From NCBI GenBank assembly GCA_035459845.1, contig DATHXE010000632.1:1-52382 (forward strand): a stretch of DNA of 52,382 nucleotides, read 5' to 3'. Below the pieces are notes generated by a model. The model saw only the letters and a program-made list of their open reading frames with translations. It was not told the origin of the DNA and searched no databases. Shown here piece after piece: positions 25,066 to 34,708 of this stretch. How positions within the stretch are numbered: position 1 is the first letter of the stretch; each line of letters begins with the position of its first letter. This DNA is from Tepidisphaeraceae bacterium (GTDB taxonomy: Bacteria; Planctomycetota; Phycisphaerae; Tepidisphaerales; Tepidisphaeraceae). The translations under genes were made by a program, and so were the position numbers.

Positions 25066-27207
25066 ATGACGTACACCAAGCAGAACAACTCTCTCCGCGC
25101 GCCTAACGGCGCGTTTGCGGGCCGAAAGATCAAGCGCGACGCCGCCCCGGGCGGTGCACAACCCGTTGCCGATCAGACGTCACAGGGCTCGATCGCGCTC
25201 GCGAACTCGGGTGCCTCGCGGTTGCGCCGCGAATCCGACCCCACAGGAGTCGGCGTCGGCGGTCGCGCGAGTTCGTCGAAGTCCCGCACGGTCGAACTGC
25301 TCGAAACCCGCCAGCACCTCGCCGCCAACCCGTGGGGCTGGCAGGGCACGCTCATCGGCCAGGACCTCGCCGCCGCCAACTACCCGTCCATCACTGGCGC
25401 GGGCTACTCCGTCGTCGTGATCGATTCCGGCATCGACTACAAGCATCCGAACCTCGGCGGCGCCATCGGCGCCGGTCACAAGGTCGTCGCCGGGTGGGAT
25501 TTCGACGGCAATGACGCCAACCCGTTCACCGACACCGACGCCCACGGCACCGGTTCGGCCGCGATGATCGCCGGTAACGCGTTCGATCACGCCGGGAATC
25601 ACTATTCCGGCATCGCGCCCGGCGCCAACCTGATCGCGCTCCGCGTCCGCGGGGCCGACGACATCAAGCAGGCGTTCGAGTGGGTGCACGCCAACAAGGC
25701 CAAGTACAACATCGCCGCCGTCAACTACGTCGACCTGACGATCGGCAACGCGACCACGTACAAGGCCGCGCTCAAGCAGGTGATCGCCGACGGCGTGTTC
25801 GTCTCCCGCCCGACCGGCAACTCAGGGCCCACCCAGTACCTCTGGCCGGCGATGGACGCGGCCGAGTGGTTCGTCGGGTCGGTCAACTCGGCCGGCGCGA
25901 TCAGCAACTTCTCCACCCGCGGGACTGAGATGGACATGCTCGCCCCGGGCGAGAAGGTCACGCTCCCGTATTACAACGTCCTGACCGGCCAGCACACGAT
26001 CGTCTCGACCGCCGACGGCACGAGTTGGGCGTCCCCGCAGGTCGTCGGGGCGGCCGTCCTGATCAAGCAGGTCTGGCCCGGTGCTACGCCGCAACAGATC
26101 ATGCAGGTCCTGAAGGACAGCGGCACGCCGACGTACGACGCGGTCACCAAGGTCACCTACAAGCGTCTGAACGTGAACGCCGCGATCGGCCTGGCCTACC
26201 AGCGCCACGGCGGCGCAGCCCCCGCGCCCGTCCCGCAGGCGCCCGCGTCGTCCGGCCCCCCTGCCGGCGCGACGCAGTCGCCCTATGGCGGCGCCGCGTT
26301 CAAGATCAACGCGTCGGGCGTCAGCGTCCTGCAGGCCGAGAACTTCGACGCCGGCATCGATTCCGTCGCCTATCACGACCTCGACGCGACCAACCGCGGG
26401 AACGACAAGTACCGCACCGGCACCGGCGTCGACGTCTTCAAGAACGGCAACACGCGGCTCGTCTCCCACGCCTGGGCCGGCGAGTGGCTCGAGTACACGA
26501 CCGACGTCGCCGCCCCCGGCACCTACACGTTCACCGCCGCCGTCGCCTCTCAGGGTAAGGGCGGCACGTTCCACCTCGAGATCGACGGCGTCAACGTCTC
26601 GGGCACGATCGGCGTCGGCAACACCGGCGGCTGGCTCACCACGGGCGCCGCCACCAAGGCCGGCATCAGCCTGACCGCCGGCCGCCACACGATCCGCGTG
26701 GTGATGGACACGAACTCCGCCACGACCGGGGCCGTCGCCAACTTCGACGCGTTCAAGTTCACCCGCACCGGCGCGATCACCGCGAAGCCCGCGGCCACGC
26801 CGGCACCGACGACGACGACCGCCAACTACAACGCCCTGTCCGGCTTCCATGCCTATCAGTACTCCGGGCAGTCGGGCGTGACCGCTTGGGAAGGCGTCCT
26901 CGGGTGGGTCGACGCGGGCGATTGGGTCGGCTACACTGGCGTCGATTTCGGCGCCACCGGCGCGACGAAGATGAACATCAACCTGTCGGTCCCGGCCGCC
27001 TACGCCGGCAAGAAGATCGTCGTCCGCACCGACAGCCCGACCGGCGCCGTCCTCGGCACGCTCACCGTCAAGTCCACCGGTTCGTGGGGCAACTTCCAGA
27101 CGCAGACGCTGGCGATTAGCAAGACCACCGGCGTCAAGAACGTTTACCTCACGTTCGAGGGCGGCCCCGCCGTGGCGAACCTGAACTACATTGGCTTCGC
27201 GGCGTAA
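25066..27207 (+). CDS. S8 (subtilisin-like) serine peptidase with two C-terminal CBM6-like carbohydrate-binding modules
   Basis: The catalytic triad contexts are VVVIDSGIDY, DAHGTGSAAMIAG and GTSWASPQVVGAA. Two modules resemble AENFDAG..YHD...GEWLEYT and GDWVGYTGVDFG. Confidence 0.9.
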   Translation: MTYTKQNNSLRAPNGAFAGRKIKRDAAPGGAQPVADQTSQGSIALANSGASRLRRESDPTGVGVGGRASSSKSRTVELLETRQHLAANPWGWQGTLIGQDLAAANYPSITGAGYSVVVIDSGIDYKHPNLGGAIGAGHKVVAGWDFDGNDANPFTDTDAHGTGSAAMIAGNAFDHAGNHYSGIAPGANLIALRVRGADDIKQAFEWVHANKAKYNIAAVNYVDLTIGNATTYKAALKQVIADGVFVSRPTGNSGPTQYLWPAMDAAEWFVGSVNSAGAISNFSTRGTEMDMLAPGEKVTLPYYNVLTGQHTIVSTADGTSWASPQVVGAAVLIKQVWPGATPQQIMQVLKDSGTPTYDAVTKVTYKRLNVNAAIGLAYQRHGGAAPAPVPQAPASSGPPAGATQSPYGGAAFKINASGVSVLQAENFDAGIDSVAYHDLDATNRGNDKYRTGTGVDVFKNGNTRLVSHAWAGEWLEYTTDVAAPGTYTFTAAVASQGKGGTFHLEIDGVNVSGTIGVGNTGGWLTTGAATKAGISLTAGRHTIRVVMDTNSATTGAVANFDAFKFTRTGAITAKPAATPAPTTTTANYNALSGFHAYQYSGQSGVTAWEGVLGWVDAGDWVGYTGVDFGATGATKMNINLSVPAAYAGKKIVVRTDSPTGAVLGTLTVKSTGSWGNFQTQTLAISKTTGVKNVYLTFEGGPAVANLNYIGFAA

Positions 27208-27274
27208 CGCGTCACTCGTGGTCGACTCGCGCCACCCGTTGTCACTGACCCCCCGCCCGCGTATCACTGCCCTT

Positions 27275-28474
27275 ATGGGCACGCAAAACACGCGGTGGGT
27301 GGCGCTCCTGACGACGATGGCGATCGTCCTCTACCTCTGCTGGCTGATGATCCAGCCGTTCGTCGACGTGCTCCTCTGGAGCACCGTCCTGGCGATCATC
27401 GCGTACCCCGCCAACCTGCGCCTCCGCCGACGCGGGTATTCGCCTCCCGTGAGCGCGGCGCTCACGACCGTCCTGGTCGTGCTCGTGATTCTTATCCCGC
27501 TCACGCTCGTCACGACCGCCGTCGTCCGCCAGGCCGGGGACGCCGCCCGCATGGTCTACCACGGGTTCCACGAAGTCCTGGGCCCCGAGTCGCGGCTGCT
27601 CGACTGGATGGCCCAGTACGTGGACGTCGGCCCCCTGCGCGACCCCAAGGCGATCGCCGAGCGCGTCGGGCAGTTCAGCGGCGCGGTCGCCTCCCGCACG
27701 CTCGGCCTGCTCGGCGGGATCCTCGGCGCCGTGGTGCAGATCTTCTTCGTCCTGTTCACCCTCTATTACCTTCTTCGCGACTCCGACAGCGTCGTCCCCG
27801 CCGTCCGAGGCATGCTCCCGCTCAAGTCCGACCAGGCCGACACCGTCTTCCGCCGCACCCACGAGGTCATCACCGCGAGCGTCAACGGCGTGCTCCTGAT
27901 CGCCGGCATCCAGGGCCTGCTCGGGATGATCGGGTTCATGATCTGCGGGCTCCCCTCGCCCGTCCTCTGGGGCGTCGTCATGTTCGTCCTGTCAACGATC
28001 CCGATGGCCGGCGCGGCGATCGTCTGGGTCCCGGCCGCGATCTTCCTCGCCGCCACGGGCAAGTGGGGCTACGCGATCTTTCTCGCCGCCTGGGGCGGGC
28101 TCGTCATCGGCCTGATCGACAACCTCCTCCGCCCCCGCCTGGTCGGCCAGCGCGCCCGCCTGCACGAGCTCCTCATCTTCTTCGCCGTCCTCGGCGGGTT
28201 GCAGGTGTTCGGCGTGCTCGGGCTGTTCGTCGGCCCCGTCGTCGTCGCCATCGCCCTGGCGATGGTCGAGGTCTTCCGGCAGGCGAACCTGGCCGACGAC
28301 GCGCGCGTCGAACTCGGGAATGGCGTGATCGTCGCGCCCGCCGCCGACGTGCTTGCGGTCCCGCCGTCGTCGCCTCAGGTCGCCGGCGTCGTCGCCGCGG
28401 TCGAAGCCGCCACCGGTGCAGGCGAGCCCCCCACCGCCACTACGCCTTCGGCGGCAGCACCTCAAACCCCCTGA
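27275..28474 (+). CDS. AI-2E family transporter (PerM/YhhT-like)
   Basis: A protein of about 8 TM helices with typical family segments (LLGGILGAVVQIFFVLFTLYYLL, IPMAGAAIVWVPAAIFL, NLLRPRLVG). The start is ATG at 27275. Confidence 0.88.
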   Translation: MGTQNTRWVALLTTMAIVLYLCWLMIQPFVDVLLWSTVLAIIAYPANLRLRRRGYSPPVSAALTTVLVVLVILIPLTLVTTAVVRQAGDAARMVYHGFHEVLGPESRLLDWMAQYVDVGPLRDPKAIAERVGQFSGAVASRTLGLLGGILGAVVQIFFVLFTLYYLLRDSDSVVPAVRGMLPLKSDQADTVFRRTHEVITASVNGVLLIAGIQGLLGMIGFMICGLPSPVLWGVVMFVLSTIPMAGAAIVWVPAAIFLAATGKWGYAIFLAAWGGLVIGLIDNLLRPRLVGQRARLHELLIFFAVLGGLQVFGVLGLFVGPVVVAIALAMVEVFRQANLADDARVELGNGVIVAPAADVLAVPPSSPQVAGVVAAVEAATGAGEPPTATTPSAAAPQTP

Positions 28475-29849
28475 CTTCCTCCGGATCCTTGTAGAAGCGC
28501 TTCGTCGGGTCGATGAACAGCCACATCAGCGCCGCCCCGCAGAACGCGGCCGCGTACACGAGGAACAGCGGCCCCCACCCGAACGTTCCGAACACCCACG
28601 CACCGATCCGCGGCTGGATGAAGTGACTGAGGTTCCCGATCGAGTTGATGAACCCCGTGGCCATCCCGGCGTGGCGCCCGCCGATGTCCACGATGCTCGC
28701 CCAGTTCGCCCCCTGTCCGAGGTCGAAGGTGAACGCCGTCACGCAGAGAAGCGCCGTCGCCTGCGCGGGCGTTTCCACCCACCGGATTGCCACCATGCAG
28801 AACGCCGCGGTCAGGTAGCCGCACACCGGGATGATCGCCCGCGCCAACCGCTTGCTCGCCATCCGCTTGACCAGCGCGTCCGACCCGATCCCGCCCACGA
28901 GGCACGCCAGCCCGCTGAACAGGAGCGGCATCGCCGACTCCCACTCCGACCGCGAGTACGCCAGCCCGTGCACTTGCTTGTGGTATTCGGGCATCCAACT
29001 CATGAAGAACGAGAACCCGAAACTCGCGCACAGGTAGAGCACCGCGATCGCCCACAGCGATGGCGACTTGAAGATCTGAAGTAACGCCGCCCCGGAGTGA
29101 TGCGCCGTCGCCTGTGTCGCGCCGGTCTGCTGCCCCTGGCTCGTCCGGATCTGGGTGAGCTCCGCCGCGTTCACCTTCGGGTGCCGTGCCGGGTCGTCGC
29201 GGAAGAAGCGCCAGAAGAACACGACCCATACGACGCCGAAGAGTCCCGACACGAAAAACCCCAGCCGCCAGCCGGCGACGTCGCCCATGCCGATTGCCGC
29301 CAGCGCCGACCGGATCGGCCCCCAGTCGAAGAATCGCAGGATCGCCCCGAAGATCAGCGGCGCGAACGCCGCCCCCCACCGCGCCGTCAGCCACAGAAGC
29401 CCGCCCGCCCGCGCCCGCGCCCGCGGGCTCAGCCAGGTCGACTGCACCCGCGCCATGCTCGGGTAGGCCCCCGCCTCCCCCATGCCGAACAGGAAGCGGT
29501 ATAGGAACAACGTCCACATCCCGGTCGCCATGCCGGTCATCGCCGTGAAGATCGACCACGCGATGACGATCCGCGTCAGCGCCCGTCGCCCGCCGTACCG
29601 GTCGCACAGCCACCCGCCGGGGATCTCGAACAGCGCGTACGCCAGCCAGAACGACCCCAGCGCCCATCCCAGGTCTTCTTTCGACAGTTTGAACGCCGTG
29701 CCGATCGCGTCGGCCGCCCGGGTGATGCACTGGCGGTCGTAGTACGTCAGGAACGACAGCACGCACAGGAAGGCCATCACCTTCCAGCGAACGCGCGTCG
29801 GCCGATCGGTTCCCGCGGGCGGTGTCGGATGTGTCATGCGGCGCGTCAC
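28440..29849 (-). CDS. MFS transporter (anion:cation symporter-like)
   Basis: A 12-TM profile with GWLCDRYGGRR (the MFS loop 2-3 motif). Its 3' end overlaps the convergent AI-2E gene by 35 nt. Confidence 0.9.
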   Translation of the reverse strand: MTRRMTHPTPPAGTDRPTRVRWKVMAFLCVLSFLTYYDRQCITRAADAIGTAFKLSKEDLGWALGSFWLAYALFEIPGGWLCDRYGGRRALTRIVIAWSIFTAMTGMATGMWTLFLYRFLFGMGEAGAYPSMARVQSTWLSPRARARAGGLLWLTARWGAAFAPLIFGAILRFFDWGPIRSALAAIGMGDVAGWRLGFFVSGLFGVVWVVFFWRFFRDDPARHPKVNAAELTQIRTSQGQQTGATQATAHHSGAALLQIFKSPSLWAIAVLYLCASFGFSFFMSWMPEYHKQVHGLAYSRSEWESAMPLLFSGLACLVGGIGSDALVKRMASKRLARAIIPVCGYLTAAFCMVAIRWVETPAQATALLCVTAFTFDLGQGANWASIVDIGGRHAGMATGFINSIGNLSHFIQPRIGAWVFGTFGWGPLFLVYAAAFCGAALMWLFIDPTKRFYKDPEEVRGFEVLPPKA

Positions 29850-29907
29850 ACGTTACGGGCGCGCGCGCGACTCCACAAGATCATCGTCCTGCAACGACAG
29901 ACCCGCA

Positions 29908-31317
29908 TCAGTACCCCGCCGCGCGCCCCACCCCGCGCTTCTTCGGGCCCAGCCTCTCCTTCACCTTCCCCAAGTCGTCCAGGTACGCGACCAGTTTGTC
30001 CGCCGTCGGCGTGCCGGGGTGCGCCCGCACGATCTGGTCGACGTAGTCCACGGCGTCCCACTTCTCGACCCGCTCGTCGCGCGACACGGCCGCGCTCAGC
30101 GCCGCGTACATCGCACGGGCGGACAGCTCCGCCCTGACCTCCTTGCGGAGCTCGAGCTTCTTCATCGGGTCGGCCACGGTGCGCGACAGGTCCGAGTTCG
30201 GGAAGCACGCGGCGATCCGCGCGTACAGGTCGTACGCCGCCAGCGCGTCCGTCGCCGCCAGCCGGTCGGCCTCGGCCTTCCACACGTCGCACTCGGCCCG
30301 CACCATGAGCTGGAACTGCCGGGCCGAATCGACCGTCTTGCGGTCCGGCCCGTAGGTCAGCGCCGCCACCGCCTTCATCGCCCGGTCGTACTCGCCCACC
30401 TCCAGCAGGTCCATCGCCGGCGCCAGCTTGGGCTCGAACGCCTGCCGGTCGCGGAACCGCGCGTGCGACTTTTCCAGGGCCTTGGTGATCGACTCCTCGG
30501 TCATCTCCGCGTGCGCGAGTTTGCCCGCCCCGTCGATGATCACCACGGCCCACGTCTTGTTCGCGCTCAGCCCCGCCCGGTAGCGGTTGTGCATCACGCC
30601 CAGCGTGTCGGCGAACACCGGCATCGCGAGCCCGAGCTCCGCCGCCACGAACCGCGCCGTCGACAGGGTCTCCGCGTGCACCCCGAAGAACACGACCGGC
30701 TTGCCCGCGAACCGCCGCACCAGCGCGTTGCGCTGCGGCACCGTCACCTGCATGCGCGGGTCGCGCGGGTCGTAGAAGAAGAGCACGATCGTCTTCCCCC
30801 GGCACTCGTTGAGCTTGTACGTCCCGCCGTCGGTGAACAGGCCCGGCGGGAACTCGCTGAGCGTGAACGCCGGCTCACCTCCCGCGGGCTGAGACGTCGG
30901 CACGGTCGAAGGTGCCGCCACGACCGGCCGCTTCGGTTTGGCCGAGTCCAGGGACGGCATTTCCGCCACCGGCTTCGGGGTCGGCAACGGTTTGAACTCG
31001 AGCGGCTTCGACTCGGGATCCCCCGGCTTTGCCTCCTCCGGCTTTGCGTCTGTCGGGGACGCGTCGGCCGGCTTGATTTCCGGAGTCACCGTTGAAACGT
31101 GCCTGGCCTCTTCGGCAGGTGTCGGAGCGACTACCTCCGGCGCGGGCGCGACCGGCTCTTTCGGCTTCTCTTCCGCCGGCTTGGTCGTCGCATGGACGGG
31201 CAGGTTCTTCGGCTGCGTGCCGCCCAGTTTGAACATTTGTGCCCCCGCCGACGCCGAGAGCGTGGCGGAAACGATCATCGCGGCCAGGGCCGGAACGGTA
31301 GTCAGGTGTCGCGTCAT
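29908..31317 (-). CDS. exported protein: Pro/Glu/Lys-rich linker, Cys-less thioredoxin-fold domain, C-terminal helical repeat region
   Basis: The signal peptide is MTRHLTTVPALAAMIVSATLSASAGA. A redoxin-like segment (GKTIVLFFYDPRDPRMQ...VVFFGVH...WAVVIDGAGKL) has no Cys at the CxxC position. The tail is helical and TPR-like. Confidence 0.6.
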   Translation of the reverse strand: MTRHLTTVPALAAMIVSATLSASAGAQMFKLGGTQPKNLPVHATTKPAEEKPKEPVAPAPEVVAPTPAEEARHVSTVTPEIKPADASPTDAKPEEAKPGDPESKPLEFKPLPTPKPVAEMPSLDSAKPKRPVVAAPSTVPTSQPAGGEPAFTLSEFPPGLFTDGGTYKLNECRGKTIVLFFYDPRDPRMQVTVPQRNALVRRFAGKPVVFFGVHAETLSTARFVAAELGLAMPVFADTLGVMHNRYRAGLSANKTWAVVIIDGAGKLAHAEMTEESITKALEKSHARFRDRQAFEPKLAPAMDLLEVGEYDRAMKAVAALTYGPDRKTVDSARQFQLMVRAECDVWKAEADRLAATDALAAYDLYARIAACFPNSDLSRTVADPMKKLELRKEVRAELSARAMYAALSAAVSRDERVEKWDAVDYVDQIVRAHPGTPTADKLVAYLDDLGKVKERLGPKKRGVGRAAGY

Positions 31318-31627
31318 GTGTCCCCCTGAGTATTACTAACGCCCGCGCCCGCGGTCCGGCTGTATGCGAGATACCGCACCCGGCCGGGGGCGATTCTATG
31401 GGACAATCACGAGTGATCGGACGTGGCCACCACCCGATCGCGACTTTGGGTAGGAGTTGCCGCGCGTGCCGATGGCGCGCTCTGTAACGGCCTTACCTCC
31501 GAACCCTCCCCGTCGGCACCGTAGATTGCCCTCGCCCGAACTCCGAATTCTGTTGCGTATAACCAGCGCCGGCCGGTATCGTCCGCACAGACCTAAGGGG
31601 TCACGTCTCGGGGTGGAGGAGAATCTG

Positions 31628-32167
31628 ATGCGGTTCACGAGCGCGGCTGCGGTGGCGATCGGGATCGGGCTCGGCGCTTCGCCGGCGCTGGCGGCGGTCG
31701 TCACGTTCAACGTGAACATGACCGGCCAGAAGGAGGTGACGGCGGGCGGCACGCCCAACCAGGGCGATCTGAACGGCTCGGCGATCGGTACCGCGACCCT
31801 CAACAGCGACACTAATACCATCTCGTGGAATCTGGTCCTGTCGGGCCTGGCCACCCCGCCAGTGACCGACTTCCACATCCACACCGGCGGCCCCGCAACC
31901 ACCGGCGGTGTGCTCATTCCCCTCGGCATCCCCGGCGGCAGCACACTCACTCAGACGAGTTTCATCGGCTCTGTCACGGTCACCGGCGGGGACATCACCG
32001 ACCTGCAGAACGTGATCGCGAACACCGCCGGCTTCTACTTCAACATCCACAACAACGAATTCTCCGGCGGCGCCGTCCGCGACCAGGTGCCCGAGCCGGG
32101 AACGCTCGGCATGCTGGCCGGAGCGGGACTGCTCGCCCTGACGCGTCGCCGGCCCCGGTCCGCGTGA
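31628..32167 (+). CDS. CHRD domain protein with a PEP-CTERM sorting signal
   Basis: The ATG at 31628 is preceded by GGAGGAG. It has a signal peptide and CHRD-like FHIHTGGPATTGGV. The C-terminus, VPEPGTLGMLAGAGLLALTRRRPR, fits PEP, then a TM helix, then a basic tail. Confidence 0.85.
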   Translation: MRFTSAAAVAIGIGLGASPALAAVVTFNVNMTGQKEVTAGGTPNQGDLNGSAIGTATLNSDTNTISWNLVLSGLATPPVTDFHIHTGGPATTGGVLIPLGIPGGSTLTQTSFIGSVTVTGGDITDLQNVIANTAGFYFNIHNNEFSGGAVRDQVPEPGTLGMLAGAGLLALTRRRPRSA

Positions 32168-32206
32168 CGGTACTCCGTGGTGCGACAGATCTCGTATGCT
32201 GGCCGA

Positions 32207-32258
32207 CGCGCTCCCCTACGGGCTCGCCTCAGGCTCGCCCTCCGGGTCGCGGCTAAAC
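32207..32258 (+). repeat. GC-rich dispersed intergenic element core, copy 4 (divergent middle)
   Basis: Sequence: cgcgctcccctacgggctcgcctcaggctcgccctccgggtcgcggctaaac. The outer modules are conserved. The middle gcg-ctgt-cgc is replaced by gcc-tca-ggc. Confidence 0.65.
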
Positions 32259-32291
32259 TGACGCGCTGCCTAGGGTGCGCGACCGCACCCC

Positions 32292-34076
32292 CTACTCGTT
32301 CGCCCCCGCCGTCGCCGCCGCGTGGGCGTCCAGTTCCGTCTTGCTCTTCCGGTGCCCCTTGCTCAGTAGCGACACGACCACCAGCACGATGAACGACAGC
32401 GGGATCGTGACAATGCCCGGCTGGTTGAACGGCGCCAGCGCCTTGGCCCCCGCCTCTTTCGCGGTGAACCCGTAGAGGTTCTGGTACGCGTCCGTGCTCA
32501 GCAGGATCCACCCGAGGGACGTGACCAGTCCGACCACGATCGACCACGTGATCCCCTGCCGGGTCGTCCCGCGCCAGAAGAGCAGCATCACGATCGCCGG
32601 CAGGTTAGCGCTGGCCGCGATGTTGAACGCCCACCCGACCAGGAACGTCACGTTGAACCCCTTGAACGCGATGCCGAGCAGGATCGCGATCGCCCCGACG
32701 ACGACCGACGCGATCTTCCCCGCCCTCACCTTCCCGTGGTCGTCGAGTTGCACCTTGAACACGTTGGTCATCAAGTCGTGCGCCACGGCGCCGCTGGCGG
32801 CCAGGATGAGGCCCGACACGGTCCCGAGCACGGTCGTGAACGCGATCGCGCTGATGACCGCGAACAATACCTCGTTGAAGCTCTTGGCGAGCAGCGGGGC
32901 GGCCATGTTCGAGTCGGTCGGGTCGAGCTGGCCGGACGTCATCGCGCCCAAGCCGAGGAACAGCGTGAGCACGTAGAAGAACCCGATCGACGCGATGCCG
33001 ACCACGGTCGACTTCCGCGCCGCCGCCGCGTCCTTGACCGTGTAGTACCGGATCAGGATGTGGGGCAGCGCCGCCGTCCCGCAGAACAGCGCGAGCATCA
33101 GCGACAGGAAGTTTAGCTTGCCCAGGAAGCCCTCCTGCCGCACCGACGCGAACGTGGGCGACGCGCCGGGGGTGAGGAGCTCGGCCCCGGGCCGCGGCTT
33201 GGGCGCGTACGTCGTCGTCGTTCCGTCCGCGCTCACCGACTTGCCGTAGGTCTCGACCGTCGACCCTTGCAGCGTCCGCAGATACTCGATCGGCCCCAGC
33301 GGGCCCGTCTCGGTCCGCGGCTTGCCGTCCGGGCCAGCTGGCAGGGCGAGCACGCGCCCGACCGGTTTCAAATCGTTCTCGAACGACTGCGGCTTCCCGT
33401 TGATCAGCGTCTGCCCGTCCTTCTTTACCACCGCCTGCGGCTCCGACGGCGGCTGCACCTTCAGCCCCCGCGCCAGGATCATCCCCACCAGGATCGCGCA
33501 AAAGATCACCAGCAGCGACCCCTTGATGAACTGCACCCACGTGGTCGACACCATCCCCGCCGTCACCACGATCATCACGACCACCACGCCCACGATGATC
33601 ACGCCCGCGTAGTGCGGCAGCCCGAGCAGCGGCGTGATCAGCGCCCCCGCCCCGACCATCTGCGGGATCAGGTAGAACAGCGACACGATCAGCGTCGAGA
33701 TCGCCGCCGCCAGCTTGATCCCCCGCGAGTGGAACTGCGCGTCCAGCGCGTCGGCGAACGTGTACTTGCCCAGCCGCTTGATCGGCTCGGCGATCACGAA
33801 CAGCGCGACGATCCACCCCGCCAGATATCCGATCGAGTACAGGAACCCGTCGTACCCGAAGAACGCGATCATCCCGCAGATGCCCAGGAAGCTCGCCGCC
33901 GACAGGTAATCACCGGCGAACGCGATCCCGTTTACGAACCACCCGACCTGGCCGTGGGCCGCGAAATACCCCTTGGCGCTCTGGGCCTTGCGCCCGAGCC
34001 AGAAGCTCAGGGCGAGCACCGACCCGACGAACACGCAGAAGATGATCAGCGACAGCGATGACGCGGGATAAAGCAT
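32292..34076 (-). CDS. actP: cation/acetate symporter (SSS family, ActP-like)
   Basis: Contains GYFAAHGQVGWFVNGIAFAGDYLSAASFLGICG and PHILIRYYT, is multi-TM and is paired with a DUF485 gene. A hydrophilic loop of about 100 aa sits mid-protein. Confidence 0.9.
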   Translation of the reverse strand: MLYPASSLSLIIFCVFVGSVLALSFWLGRKAQSAKGYFAAHGQVGWFVNGIAFAGDYLSAASFLGICGMIAFFGYDGFLYSIGYLAGWIVALFVIAEPIKRLGKYTFADALDAQFHSRGIKLAAAISTLIVSLFYLIPQMVGAGALITPLLGLPHYAGVIIVGVVVVMIVVTAGMVSTTWVQFIKGSLLVIFCAILVGMILARGLKVQPPSEPQAVVKKDGQTLINGKPQSFENDLKPVGRVLALPAGPDGKPRTETGPLGPIEYLRTLQGSTVETYGKSVSADGTTTTYAPKPRPGAELLTPGASPTFASVRQEGFLGKLNFLSLMLALFCGTAALPHILIRYYTVKDAAAARKSTVVGIASIGFFYVLTLFLGLGAMTSGQLDPTDSNMAAPLLAKSFNEVLFAVISAIAFTTVLGTVSGLILAASGAVAHDLMTNVFKVQLDDHGKVRAGKIASVVVGAIAILLGIAFKGFNVTFLVGWAFNIAASANLPAIVMLLFWRGTTRQGITWSIVVGLVTSLGWILLSTDAYQNLYGFTAKEAGAKALAPFNQPGIVTIPLSFIVLVVVSLLSKGHRKSKTELDAHAAATAGANE

Positions 34077-34179
34077 GGAATGATCAGTGGAGTGCGAACG
34101 ATGACGTGAGAATCACACGGATCCCCCTGCCGGGCGCCCGCCCGCCGCTCGCGGCTTAGCGACGACCGCGCCGACCCCT

Positions 34180-34425
34180 TCAGTCGGGCTTCGCGAACAT
34201 CATGTAGATGAGTGACAGGACCAGCGCCGCCACGATCAGCCCCATCCCGTAAGCGATCGCCAGGTTCACCCCGCCCGGCGCGCTGGTGCCGAACAAGTCG
34301 TACTTGAATGCCGCGATCCCCATGAACCCCAAATAAAGCAGCAGGTAGACGCCGAACAGCGTCAACCCGAGCTTCACGTTGGGCGACACGTGCCGATCGT
34401 CGTGGTCGTGGTGTTGCTGGGCCAT
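34180..34425 (-). CDS. DUF485 (YjcH-like) small membrane protein
   Basis: A two-TM, 81-aa protein directly upstream of actP, the canonical pairing. ATG at 34425 is preferred to the TTG track start. Confidence 0.85.
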   Translation of the reverse strand: MAQQHHDHDDRHVSPNVKLGLTLFGVYLLLYLGFMGIAAFKYDLFGTSAPGGVNLAIAYGMGLIVAALVLSLIYMMFAKPD

Positions 34426-34451
34426 AGCGGCCGGCAAACGTAAATGAAAAC

Positions 34452-34470
34452 GCCCCCTAAAGATAGGGGG
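34452..34470 (-). terminator. possible intrinsic terminator or attenuator hairpin just upstream of the DUF485-actP pair
   Basis: The minus strand reads CCCCCTAtcttTAGGGGGcgttttcattt: a 7-bp stem followed by a T-rich tract. It lies about 27 nt before the DUF485 ATG and about 240 nt after the VIT gene stop. Confidence 0.35.
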
Positions 34471-34708
34471 TGGGACGCTGACGACAGGGGTCGACCCCCT
34501 CTCCCGGCGGCGCTAATTCACGTAGCACGCGAAGGTACGTATTCGCCGCGGGAAGAGGGCCGGGGTGTGGGGCGTGCACCAAGTGCGCAGCATTGCAGAC
34601 CTCACGCGGTCCAGCGCAATTCGACGTCGGCCCCTCACCCTACCTCTCCCCGCCGCGAACACACGACGCCGCGAGCAATCGCCCTCGGCGCGGCTGGGAG
34701 AGGGGTTG

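Noticed and set aside
28440-28474. The 35-nt convergent overlap of the AI-2E and MFS transporter genes as a regulatory feature.
   Set aside because: Short 3' overlaps are common in compact high-GC genomes, where stop codons are sparse. Nothing else distinguishes the site.
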